A DNA stretch of 64,000 bases from Eledone cirrhosa. Lineage: Eukaryota. Below are positions 52,661-64,000 of this stretch, piece after piece. A model generated the notes under the pieces. It was not told where the DNA came from. It searched no databases and was given only the letters and a program-made list of their open reading frames with translations. The translations under genes and the position numbers were made by a program. The stretch spans positions 85,188,001 through 85,252,000 of the forward strand of contig OZ024747.1 in the NCBI GenBank assembly GCA_964016885.1. The letters run 5' to 3'. Position 1 is the stretch's first letter. Each line of letters opens with the position of its first letter.

Positions 52661-54928
52661 CTATCCAATGGTTTGTTTTATCCATGTATGGCTAACAAGG
52701 CATCTAACCCCAACCCACCAGTATAACTAATAATCTGAGTGTTGAAACTGAATAGTTATTTCAGTCATAATTCCCCTTGATATTTATTATTTACTTCTTG
52801 GTATAACATTTTTCGTCGCACCTTTTTCAGTGACACAGTTCCACTATAACTCTTGACAAAATCATTTTATTTTCTTCACAACATTTATTATATTGGTTCA
52901 TTTTCGTCGGGCCTCTACCCATTGACCTATCCAACAAGGGTGTCCCTACCAGGAGTTTGCATATATATATATATATATATATAATGATGACGATGCTCCA
53001 GTTGGCTTGGCTCGCAGGGTCACAGAGGCACACAAGCCACCCCACCACGTCAAGGTGTGAACCACGGGGTAGACAGACAAAATTACAATAAGTGAATGTA
53101 TAATGTGTTGATGTTTTTCTTAAATGGCCATCCAGTTATGAACTTTACTTCGCAACTACACAGTTTTTGGTTTTACCCAATTGCACGGAACGTGTAAAGC
53201 GTTGTAGAAGCCGGTGAGTAGGTTAACTAGTTTGATGTTCAGCTCACAATCATAAGGTAGTAAGTTCGATTTCCAGCGACGGAAGACACTTTACTTCACG
53301 TTGCTCCAGTCCACTCAGTAGGCAAAAGTAAGTTTTACCAATAATTCAAAGAACCAGCACTGTCCCACACAGTTTCATGCTTTAAGGGTCACGTGTTTGT
53401 GAAATATCATCTATTCGCACGAGCAAGCTGTTCGATTGTTAGAACACTCGTCGTTGGGACCGACGGAGCTCCAACACGTCTCCCTGGTTACGTGACAAAA
53501 ATATGAAAATATGCTTCAAATTTCTCGTCGCTTGAGTCCATTATCTTTTAGTTGACATGTGACGTGTTATATAATACAATAAGTTGAAGATAAAACAGTT
53601 GATGACTTTTGACCTTGTGACCTTATCGAAAATTCTAGGCCACGGTGTAAGAAGTAGAGGAAGGAGGGGGGGGGGGTCAATTATGATGTCAGTAAGAATA
53701 CCTACTACATGTGAGTACATTTGAACTTTAATATTTAAATGGTATTTGTTAGATTTGTGTGGGAGTCAGTGAATATTGAAGGGATTTAGTAATATAACTA
53801 GTTTAGTTTTCTCATAATGAAGCTGGTGTTTGGAACATAACTTAACAAAGGTGCTTACATCAAATTATGATGGAAGATTTTTAGATAAATATAAACAATT
53901 TAACCCCTTCGTTACTTTATTTCTAAAGAAAGATATGAATTTTAAATGATTTTGAAAATCAAGAATTTGGAGGGATTTAGTAATAAAGTAAACTTCTCAT
54001 TAAGCTGGACTTCGGAACATAACTTAACAAAGGTTCTTACATAAAATTATGATAGAATATTTTTAAAAGATAAATATTTTAACATATTAAAAGATAAATA
54101 ACATTTAAAAGATAAATATTTTAACATTTTAACAGTTCTGTATCGAGATTTAGCTGCTAATTACAGCAATTTGAGCCACTGCATTATCAGCCCTTTCGTT
54201 GTCTCACGACCAGAATCAATGGTCCTAGAGAAACACCCAATAGATGGATTGTCGTATGTAGAAGACTTAATCTCTCGCCCGATTTAATATTTAGGACTTG
54301 AGTGTCTTTAGTCCATTATTTCTCAGAGACACAGGTCACTTTCCTTCTCCTTGCATTCTCAGGATTTCTCAATTCCAACATTATTTTCCATTGTCACGTA
54401 ATCAGTCATTTTTCACCCGAGCACCATATTCGCACGACCTCAACAATTGTATAATCACAAACGGGATTCAGTCTGAAAGAGTTTTTTTAAACTGTAAAAA
54501 AATTCGTAATCACTTTTATAGTTGGATGTAATTGTATTTCAATACAAATACACACACGCGCGCGCGCGCACACACCACCACACACGTGTTATAGTTAATG
54601 TCTTCAACACATATAAAAGTTGCTACCCCCGGTTTCAAACGCTGCATGTATGCTACATTGCGACATGCGCAGATGCACGCGACGTTATCTTTTAAACAAC
54701 TGCAAATACATACATACAATGTACATTATAGTTGGATGTATATATTGGTATTTACGCAATATACAATATAGTTGGGTATATTAATATTTCAATTGATATA
54801 TACATGCGAGAAAAACCACAAACCCTCCATCTCAATTCTACTTTTGAAAAGCATAAGAACTGTGAAACCGGTAAAGGAAATAAATAAATATTCTTAAAAA
54901 GACTCCAGTTGAATTTTCGATTTCTTTT

Positions 54929-54980
<52 letters not shown>

Positions 54981-55078
54981 GAAAAAGTATGATCCCGACG
55001 GCAGAGCTCAAGCTGTTTCGACGGCTATTTCTGGACTATGCGTTATGGTCGATCTGGTTCCTTACCACATCTCCTTCG

Positions 55079-55125
<47 letters not shown>

Positions 55126-55405
55126 CAATGTACACTATAGTTGTTTATACTGGTATTTTATTTGTTATGCATACATTCCGATTCCTCTCCAAACCCTCTA
55201 CTGGAAGTCAAGGACCTCCGTTTGAGAATTCACTCTCTAGAGGTGCCCACTACAGACATTCAAGGTCTCCAGTTTGAGGGTATCTCCTACCGCGCCCACC
55301 TCCCAGTATTCAGACATCAGAAAAGGATCATTGGCACGTAGTTAAAGAAAGCGGTATTGGGAGAAGAGAGAAAGAAAGAGAAGTTAAAAAAAAAACAAGA
55401 ACGGG

Positions 55406-55557
<152 letters not shown>

Positions 55558-55766
55558 TCGTGCTGTCATTCATATGAATTTGAATAAAGGTCATTTGGGT
55601 CAAATTACTGTTGTTGGATTATGTGATGGTTGGACGCTAGTGGGAGGTATGCTGAACGTTGGTGGTAGTGGTGGGAGGTAGATGGATTTGTAAGTGGTCG
55701 TAGTAGTAGTAGGAGGGGGCAGTGGTTGTCATGTGTCAAATGATTACAGGGCTGGGAAAAAATAAA

Positions 55767-56144
55767 TACTCTCAGGTCTTGAATAGTCGTCCTCGCCCCG
55801 CTTATTAATTTTTCAGATTTTTTTCCACCCCAATCTCCTGCTTTTATAACCCCCCCCCCCCCCCCTAATAAATTTTGCTAATCTATCTCCAGCGAAATGT
55901 TATTTTATGTGGTAGCATTCAGGCGACAATTAAATTTCTTTAGACATTAAAAAACAACAACAAAAAGTACATTACTAGAAATCCCATACGTTATAAAATA
56001 AATCGGATAGATTGGGGTATCAATATGTAAACTAAACGTCTAATTCTGGTTTTAAAAAAAAATCCACGGAGACAACCTACAAAAACTACCGATTTTCCAC
56101 CAACACCCCCGCTTATCCCCCATATTATTTGGGACCCGAGAGTA
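55767..56144. mobile_element. Tc1/mariner(pogo)-type MITE
   Basis: TA-ctctcaggtcttgaata ... tatttgggacccgagag-TA imperfect TIRs with TA target duplication. Confidence 0.65.
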
Positions 56145-56246
56145 GGTGGGAGCTGTAAATTTCAGCAACCAGCATCCTTTTTCTGGACCAATTAGAGTAT
56201 GTACTTTATAAGTTGAGTTATAGTGTTGGGTGGTGATTGTGTAGAT

Positions 56247-56350
56247 CAGGCATGTCAAACGAGGGTCTCCCGAGGGCCACATGGGTCACATATGTGTTGT
56301 CTGAGGGCCACACACGACAACTAATTGCGCGCATTACAACTAATTTTTAA
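56247..56350 (+). mobile_element. hAT-like MITE end
   Basis: CAGGCATGTCAAAC start with repeated GGGCCACA subterminal motifs. Confidence 0.4.
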
Positions 56351-57005
56351 AAATTTTATATTACGAAGATAAAACATGTTCGCGCTGTTTAAAATGTGGT
56401 GTGAGTTGGAAATGTAGAGTGCTGAGTAATGTTGTTCAGAGAATTGTTGTGGAGAATGTGGAGAATGTGTGATGTGTAGGTTGTGTAGAGTATGTTATGT
56501 TATAATATTGGGTGGTGATTGTATAGAGTGTGTGGTTTTGGGTAGAATACATACTGTGTAAGTTGTGTTATAGTATTGATTGGTGGCTTGTTAGATAGAA
56601 TATGTTTTGTTATAGTATTAGTTCGAGACTGTCATATTGTTACAACCAAGAGAAATAACACATCAGTATTGATAATATATCTACGGGAAGGTCACGGCTA
56701 GAATGTATAGGTACAACAACCAGGATTCAATAATATATCGATGAGAGGGTCACGACTGTAATGCCTTTCATCAACTGTTTGATCAACCAATGCTGACTTA
56801 AAACAAAACAACACTAACAACATAACGATAGATATAACACCTAATAAAACTAATTTGTTGATGATACATTTTTGGGGACGGTCAGGACTGAAGTGGACGT
56901 ATTAGGTACAACGTCTGTCATTAAAGACCAACATTGTAAACTAGATACGGTTTGCTTTTATTTTCCAGTTTCCATAATCCAGTTATATTTTTCATTGATG
57001 GCAGA

Positions 57006-57227
57006 CGATAGATAATGACGTAATCTATCGGCTATTGACTCGATGATTACGTCAACCTCGTGAATATAAAGACTGTTTCAGAAATAACATCCACTGTCAC
57101 CTCTCTTTTCCTCTTAACCCTCTCTCTCAATCCCCAAGTCTCTCCATCTTAATTCTTCCGCTTTCCCTCTCTTATTCGCAATCTTCTTATGAAAGAAACT
57201 CATCCTCTCCCCCTCTCTCTCTCTCTC

Positions 57228-57261
<34 letters not shown>

Positions 57262-57340
57262 ATTCACAGTCGTCTTATGAAAGAACTTCATCCACTCTCT
57301 CTTACTGTCTTCTCTCCTTCTCTCATTGTCTCTCCCTCTC

Positions 57341-57377
<37 letters not shown>

Positions 57378-57874
57378 CCTTCTTTCTGCTCTTGCAGTCA
57401 TGACCTGTATTATAATTAGCTACCTCACCACCAACCCCACCATCAAGAAAACCCATCAGTACCACCATTACTGTGATTGTTACCACTATGGTTTTATTCA
57501 CAAGTACACGGCGCATGTGCACAATTGTCACGTACTACATTAGTTACTATAATATATATAGTGTCTGTGTATGTGTGTATTATATATTCACATACACAGA
57601 CACATACATACTATACTGTATTCTGAGCATGCGCATTTGGAGATTGTAGTAAATTATGTATATAAAGCGGCGTCATTGGAGGAGGATTGTAATGGAGAAG
57701 ATGGCGTGGATTTCTTACAAAAAGATGACGTTAATACAACCATCCGACTAACCAATCAGATGCAAGGCAATAGATGATATCATAGTTTAGAATCAGAAGC
57801 AGCGATTGGATAATAATCACTTCACCTGATTGGATGAGTGGTGGTTAGAGAAAACGAGAAACGAGGCTTCGAAT

Positions 57875-57928
<54 letters not shown>

Positions 57929-58045
57929 ATGTACGTGGTTGGTGTACGTTGTATTTTGTGTGTGTATACGTTTTGTGAGAGTGATCGTGCTATTGCTGTT
58001 TGTAAGTCATCTGGTTCGGCGTAAAGTACAACAAGCATGGCGGAG
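57006..58045. promoter_or_regulatory. Promoter/enhancer-like motif cluster
   Basis: TGACGTAA 57016, TTACGTCA 57047, TGACGTTA 57726; TATAAA 57065 and 57661; NRF1-like 57511 and 57625; YY1 AAGATGGCG 57698; CCAAT boxes 57752, 57804, 57828. Confidence 0.5.
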
Positions 58046-59522
58046 AGGAGAGCAAATACGCTTCACAACCACATAGTTCCAGGTTCGTTCCCATCGTGTG
58101 ACACATTGGCCAGTGAGGGAGTCTGATAGTCTCAGTTGTTAAACTCCCATGAAACGGAAATAAAGTCAAGGTTTCATGTAAGCATAGAAAAACTGACATA
58201 AAACCATTTTGTTTTTAGTTATTGACATTCATTTATATATCTTATGCATTACACTGTATGTCTTGCATTTATACGTGGAGGCAGTAAGGCCGAATGGTTA
58301 AAATAATTGCCTTGCAATCACGGGATCCATTCCACTAAGTGCAAGGCCTCCAAGAGAAATTATGCAAGGCGAACAAGACCTCTTTGGGACCCGAAGCAGA
58401 CAAAGATTTTTCTCAAAACAGATGCTGCATGGTTGTTGTGGGGCCTTCTTAGCTCTTGGGCCCCGGACAAAAGTACCGGCTGGACACCCCCCTTCTCATA
58501 GGCCGTGATTGTGTGACATCTTGGACAAGTGCTAGTTACAATAGCCTCGTGTCGACTCAAGATTTATGAGTGAATCTAAGAAGGAGGAAAGTGTTTGGGA
58601 GGCCATGGGATGGATGTACCTGTAATTCACAGGGTCCACCTTGTCACATTGTGTCACGCTGAATTGCCCATAGGATTACTTTAAGGTTGTATGAGTTTGT
58701 GAAATAATCCGCCACTTGCACTATTATGCACGGTGTGCTGTACCTGTAATTCAAAGGTGCAGGATTGTCACCTGAGAATTACGTTAAAGGATATATCTAT
58801 CTGTAGAATGCTCAGTCACTTGCACGCTAATTTTACGATCCCTCGACCAAACAACTCAAATTCTCGTCGTCTAAACCGACGGAAGTGCATTCTACGCATT
58901 TATACCATATGTTAAAATACATAATACACAGCTCAAATAACACAGAAGAATGGGCTCTCTCTAGGTCACATTGACCTGGGTTACGTTGGCCAGGGCCACC
59001 TTGTCCCAGTCATACACTGGATACAACATTTGAGGGCAATCCAGAGATGGGACTCACTATATAATTTTGTTGTTGTTGTTTTTAAAATGTTTTATTTTAA
59101 CCCTTTCGATGCCAAACCAATCGACACCAGCCCTGGTTTTATAATACAAAACTGTTAGATTTTAAATGTTTATCTAAAAACCTTCTTAAAGCCAATAGTT
59201 TTAAACTCAACAACCAGAGACCATGAACTAAAAAAGATAAAACAAAATACTTATCAAGAAAAAACACCCTCAGAATTTAATCAACAATAGTATCCAAAAA
59301 GCAAGCCAAATCAATATCCAAACATTCTGAGATACAAAAACTAAACAAGGCAAAAAGGTCATACAATACATTTCAACTTTCAATCCAAAGAACACAGAGA
59401 TATACACACATGTAACAAAACTTACCTTTCTTACTAAAGGACAAGATAATGGAAAACATCTTACAAGAGAGAAAGAGAGAGCCTGCGGTGCTGAGTCCAG
59501 GGAGACCACTAAGCATGGGAGC

Positions 59523-59576
<54 letters not shown>

Positions 59577-59758
59577 AGTGTGTATCGATTGAAAAAGGCG
59601 AGGCTGTGTGGTTACTGATAACGAGTGTTAGAAGGTAAGCCGACACAAACAAGAGATGGTCAGTTTCCCTTCGTCAGCTGTTTACTACGAGTCATAGATG
59701 CTTTGGCGCATTATAAACAGAACATCTATCCATAGCGCGCCCATAGCCTTTTATCTAT

Positions 59759-59870
<112 letters not shown>

Positions 59871-60057
59871 TATAAAGAGTCGGGACCCTGATGGCTGAGA
59901 GAAAGGAGTACGCAATAACAATGTAGAGTTTTAATATCTTTATTATGGCTAAAAAATTAGTCGTTACTTTGGAGTTTCTTCTGTTTATCACAAGGTTCTT
60001 GTCTGATGACTGTGATAAACAGGTGAAACTCCAGAGACTCACTTTTTAGTCCTAATA

Positions 60058-60107
<50 letters not shown>

Positions 60108-60416
60108 CTCAAAATAGGGATTGAAAATAACAGCAGAAAGACGGACAGTCCCATTTCCTCAGTCAACCTATAGAAATCACTATGGTTTCGGTTATTAAGG
60201 TCGATACCATTCATTCAAGTACACATTGGGACAGAATAAAAGAGGCAGACAAGTTATGCATTTAGGCAAATTACACAAATATAGAGTGCGCATGTGCTTA
60301 GAGCTAAAGGAGAAAAATAAAGGAGAGGAAATAGTAAAACGGAAGAGAATAGGAACTGTAGTCTAGCGTGTGGACCAAGAAGGACACAGAGGCGTAGGAA
60401 AGGTAAGACGGTAGAA

Positions 60417-60460
<44 letters not shown>

Positions 60461-60527
60461 GGAAATCAGTAAAATCGAATCTCTGGCGGTTTGCAAGTAA
60501 ATTCGGCCTACTTATATGAAATGATGA

Positions 60528-60803
60528 GTTAGCAAAGCACTCGATAAGATAGGACCTCAGAGTAATAACATACGTTTAAATAGCTTGACAAATCGAACAT
60601 TGTGGTAGGTGAAACTAACACACAATACATACCAAAGTAACGATAGAACTAATCAGGTTATATGTATGTATTTTGTCTCGCGAGTCAGTTCATTCGTTGC
60701 TACGGACCCCGCGGCTGAATTACCGGTCGCTATCTTCAATTTGCAAAGCCCTTTAAACTGTATGTTATTACTCTGAGGTCTATATCTTGTCGAGTGCTTG
60801 GCT
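60528..60803. repeat. Diverged fold-back element (about 75-bp arms)
   Basis: agcactcgataagataggacctcagagtaataacatacgtttaaa mirrored by tttaaactgtatgttattactctgaggtctatatcttgtcgagtgct. Confidence 0.85.
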
Positions 60804-60888
60804 GCACTTCTGAATGCATTCGTCGGCTTAGCTGCGGCTCAAGCTTCGAATATGCTGTACTTCCATTTACATATATATATCTATATTT

Positions 60889-60973
<85 letters not shown>

Positions 60974-61445
60974 ATGTATTTATGTATATATATATACATA
61001 TATATATAAGTATGTGTATATATATATATATAAAGAGAGCGATTGGGGGGGGGGGGGAACAGAGCGAGAGAGAGAGCGTGGCAGAAATGTAATTAGATAG
61101 ATGGATAGACAAAGACACAGACAGATAGATTGATAGGTATAGAGATAGTGAGACAGATAGGAAAATATATTGAGATAAAATTAGAACAGCGGGGAAGAAA
61201 AAGAAAAAAAAAAATCTCGAAGAAAGGAAGAAAAAGAAAATGAAAACTACAAAAAAATTAAGAAAAACGAAAAACGAAAGACTAATGATAAAAGAAACAC
61301 AGACAGAAGGCTGAAGGTGTAGAGATTGAGTAGGTAGAAGGAAGAGATGGGACGCAGTGTGTGGCCTTTCTGATGTGGAAAAGATAAAAACATAAAGTAT
61401 AAAATAAAACGGGAAACTACCTCGGGCGAAACACGAAACAAAGAA

Positions 61446-61472
61446 GTCACATGACAAAGATGGCTGCCATCT
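61446..61472. promoter_or_regulatory. E-box GTCACATGAC next to palindromic double YY1 site AAGATGGCTGCCATCT
   Basis: Motif match in non-repetitive sequence. Confidence 0.35.
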
Positions 61473-61959
61473 ACTTCGGAAGACTACAAAAAACGTGAAA
61501 TACATGCATTACATATTGCTGTGTGGTATGTAGTAAAGATGTGACTGGCTTGGTGTCGATTTATCTGTCAATCTGTCTGTCTATCTCTCTGTTTGCTTCT
61601 CTATCTAGTAACTTTATCTATTCTTATCTATCTGTGCTTGAATGCAAATCATGCACGCACACATGCATATACAAACACACATATATACATATGCACACAC
61701 ACACACACACCCACCTTTCATGATAGATTGGCATGCTCAGTAAAGGTCTGCTCGGGATTAAAAATGTCTTTTGCTTCTCCATAATTTGGATTAAGAGCCG
61801 TCAGGAGATTCGCTGACTCCAAGACTCCATTCTCTGAAAACATTACATTAATCCTTATGTTCTTTATAGATCTTGTGTATTCATGTAGCTACGTATGTAC
61901 GTGTATGTGTGTGCAACTATTATGCATGTGTGTATATTTTTTTCTCTCTTCCATCTAAG

Positions 61960-62420
61960 CGTGAACCTAATAAAATATTCGTTTTCTGCAATGCATTCCG
62001 GATTGCTTTGACTAACCATTTCATGTCTCGTGGGAAGGTTGTAACGAGAAGATATTAGTTCACTATTGGCAACAATATGGCTAACATCTTTGGGTCATTG
62101 TCTTGCACAGTTTACATTGTCAATTGATGAGAAGTTTTGTGCAATAAGTGAAGATTTCTTGTTCGGGATCATATGACGGTATCCTTTAAGGCTGGATGTT
62201 ATGAACTTGTCGAAACTCTATACCAGTCTTTCAGGGTACGTACCTATTCCCGTCTTTTCATCTGAGGTACCCATGTACAACCTTCTCGGAGAATTGGTAT
62301 AATTTTTTTTTATTTTGCTTTAGTATTAAGTAGAGTTTTTTAAGTGGAGCTTTTTGTTCCGGAGAGAGAATTGAGTCCGCTTTTATTTCATGTCTCTCTT
62401 CCAGATCAATGACTATCCTA
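61960..62420 (-). mobile_element. R4/Dong-like non-LTR C-terminal zinc-knuckle fragment
   Basis: QCKLCK...DVSHIVANSELISSRYNLPTRHEMV, with frameshifts. Confidence 0.5.
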
Positions 62421-62456
62421 ACACACATATATATATACGTATATAATGAGTGTGTG

Positions 62457-62594
<138 letters not shown>

Positions 62595-63082
62595 TAATCA
62601 AACATACACGCACTCACATAGATACAAGTATATATACACATGCACCCAAATACATTTACGCATTCATATATACACGCACAGAGAGACATAAATGTAGACA
62701 TGGCCATGCTCCATCCATATCTATATATACAATATATACACTCACCTATACATGAATATTCATACACACTGACAATATATTCACAGACATTATAGATATA
62801 CATGTGCAAAGATGGTCTATCCATACCACAACGCTATTTTACTCACCTTTCACAGCTCCTTCAACCCCTTAAAAATCTGTATTCCCTTCCTCCTCCTACT
62901 ACAACTATTACCACCACCACTACGACCCTTTATAAATCACCCCTACATTTCATTGCTGTTGCTGGCTGCCATGACTGTCGTCGTTGAACCCATCACTACC
63001 GTCATCACCAACAACACTACTACCACCACCAACTTTTATATATATATATATATAGGAAGGGCGTATTATATATATGTAGCCT

Positions 63083-63268
63083 GGTGGATTGGCAGTATCG
63101 GTAGAGGGTCGGACACCATTCTTTCCAGCATAGTTACGTCCCTTTACGATCTGAGTTCAAATCCCGCCGAGGTTGACTTTGCCTTTCATCCTTACGGGGT
63201 CGATAAAATAAAGTACCAGTAATGCACTGGGTAATTTGCTGGCCTTGTGCCTAACGTAGAAACAATTA
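63083..63268 (+). mobile_element. SINE family 1 copy with 20-bp TSD
   Basis: TSD attatatatatgtagcctgg at 63065 and 63265; two tandem minus copies follow at about 63644-64000. Confidence 0.9.
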
Positions 63269-63458
63269 TATATATGTAGCCTGGGGACTATAATACGTCC
63301 TTCCTTTTTTAAGACAGAAAGGTGCGAATAAAAGGGGATCTGACTGCTATTTGCTGCATGTCGAAGGATCCTATATTTAAAGGTTCACTGATTGGTTCAT
63401 ATATTCAGATATGTCCTTCACCTCTATCAATATTTACATGTATCTATCCATATATTTA

Positions 63459-63638
63459 TACGATGGTCGGCCGAGAGGTTGATGGGCTGACTCAAATGTG
63501 ATTAGTTGTTCAACATAGAACCTGGAAGGAAACAATGAAGTTACTAATAAAAAGAGATGAAATTAATGCGTGCAAGATTTCACAGCTCTAGCATCAACCA
63601 TTCATAATCAACCTATGAACTTTCAGCCGACCCTCGTA
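63459..63638. mobile_element. Mariner-derived MITE
   Basis: TACGATGGTCGGCCGAGAGGTTGATGGGCTGA versus reverse complement TACGAGGGTCGGCTGAAAGTTCATAGGTTGA, TA ends. Confidence 0.75.
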
Positions 63639-64000
63639 TATATAATTGTTTCTACTTTTGGCACAAGGCCAGCATTAACCCAGTGCATTACTGGTACTTT
63701 ATTTTATCGGATGAAAGGCAAAGCTAACCTCGGCGAGATTTGAACTCAGACCGTTAAGGGCCATAACTCTATGCTGCAAAGCATGGTGTCTGACGCTCTA
63801 CCGATATTACCAATTCACCGCCCTCGTATATATAATTGTTTCTACTTTTGGTACAAGGCCAGCATTACCCCAGTGTATTACTGGTACTTTATTTTATTGA
63901 CCCCGTAAATATGAAAGGTAAACTTAACCTCGGCGGGATTTGAACTCAGATCATAAAGGGCCGTAACTCTATGCTGCAAAGCATTCGTATATATAATTGT

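Noticed and set aside
60590-60645. Minus-strand MYCVLVSPTTMFDLS as the missing midnolin exon 1
   Set aside because: Lacks the TTG motif and following helix, runs into a stop, and lies inside a fold-back repeat.

Overview
AT-rich animal genomic DNA, saturated with (TA)n/(TG)n/(GA)n microsatellites and retroelements. The repeat content suggests a coleoid cephalopod such as Octopus (inference). Two host genes are supported. (1) A minus-strand midnolin (MIDN/stuxnet) orthologue with six coding exons at 25203-31535, consistent GT-AG phases and the Ubl C-half, Catch1, Catch2 and C-terminal helix. I could not find its first Ubl exon, so much of 31.5-64 kb may be intron or upstream region. (2) An intronless plus-strand 266-aa tandem-PDZ protein with a C-terminal membrane anchor (SYNJ2BP/OMP25-like) at 6840-7640. 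The rest is tRNA-derived SINEs, fragments of RTE, CR1, R4/Dong, HERO and Penelope-like elements, mariner/hAT/Helitron relics and TE-derived minisatellites. The main unannotated signal is self-cleaving RNA. A retrozyme-like element at 45071-45961 has two near-identical 300-bp direct repeats, each with a complete type I hammerhead ribozyme carrying a compensatory U3-A8 core and a possible pseudoknot, predicting a 591-nt monomer or circular RNA. A second complete hammerhead lies in a palindrome with 145-bp arms at 6.2 kb, and many relic hammerheads and fold-back palindromes are scattered through the window. Most long ORFs in the supplied track are microsatellite artefacts. All calls are by eye; no searches or folding programs were run.
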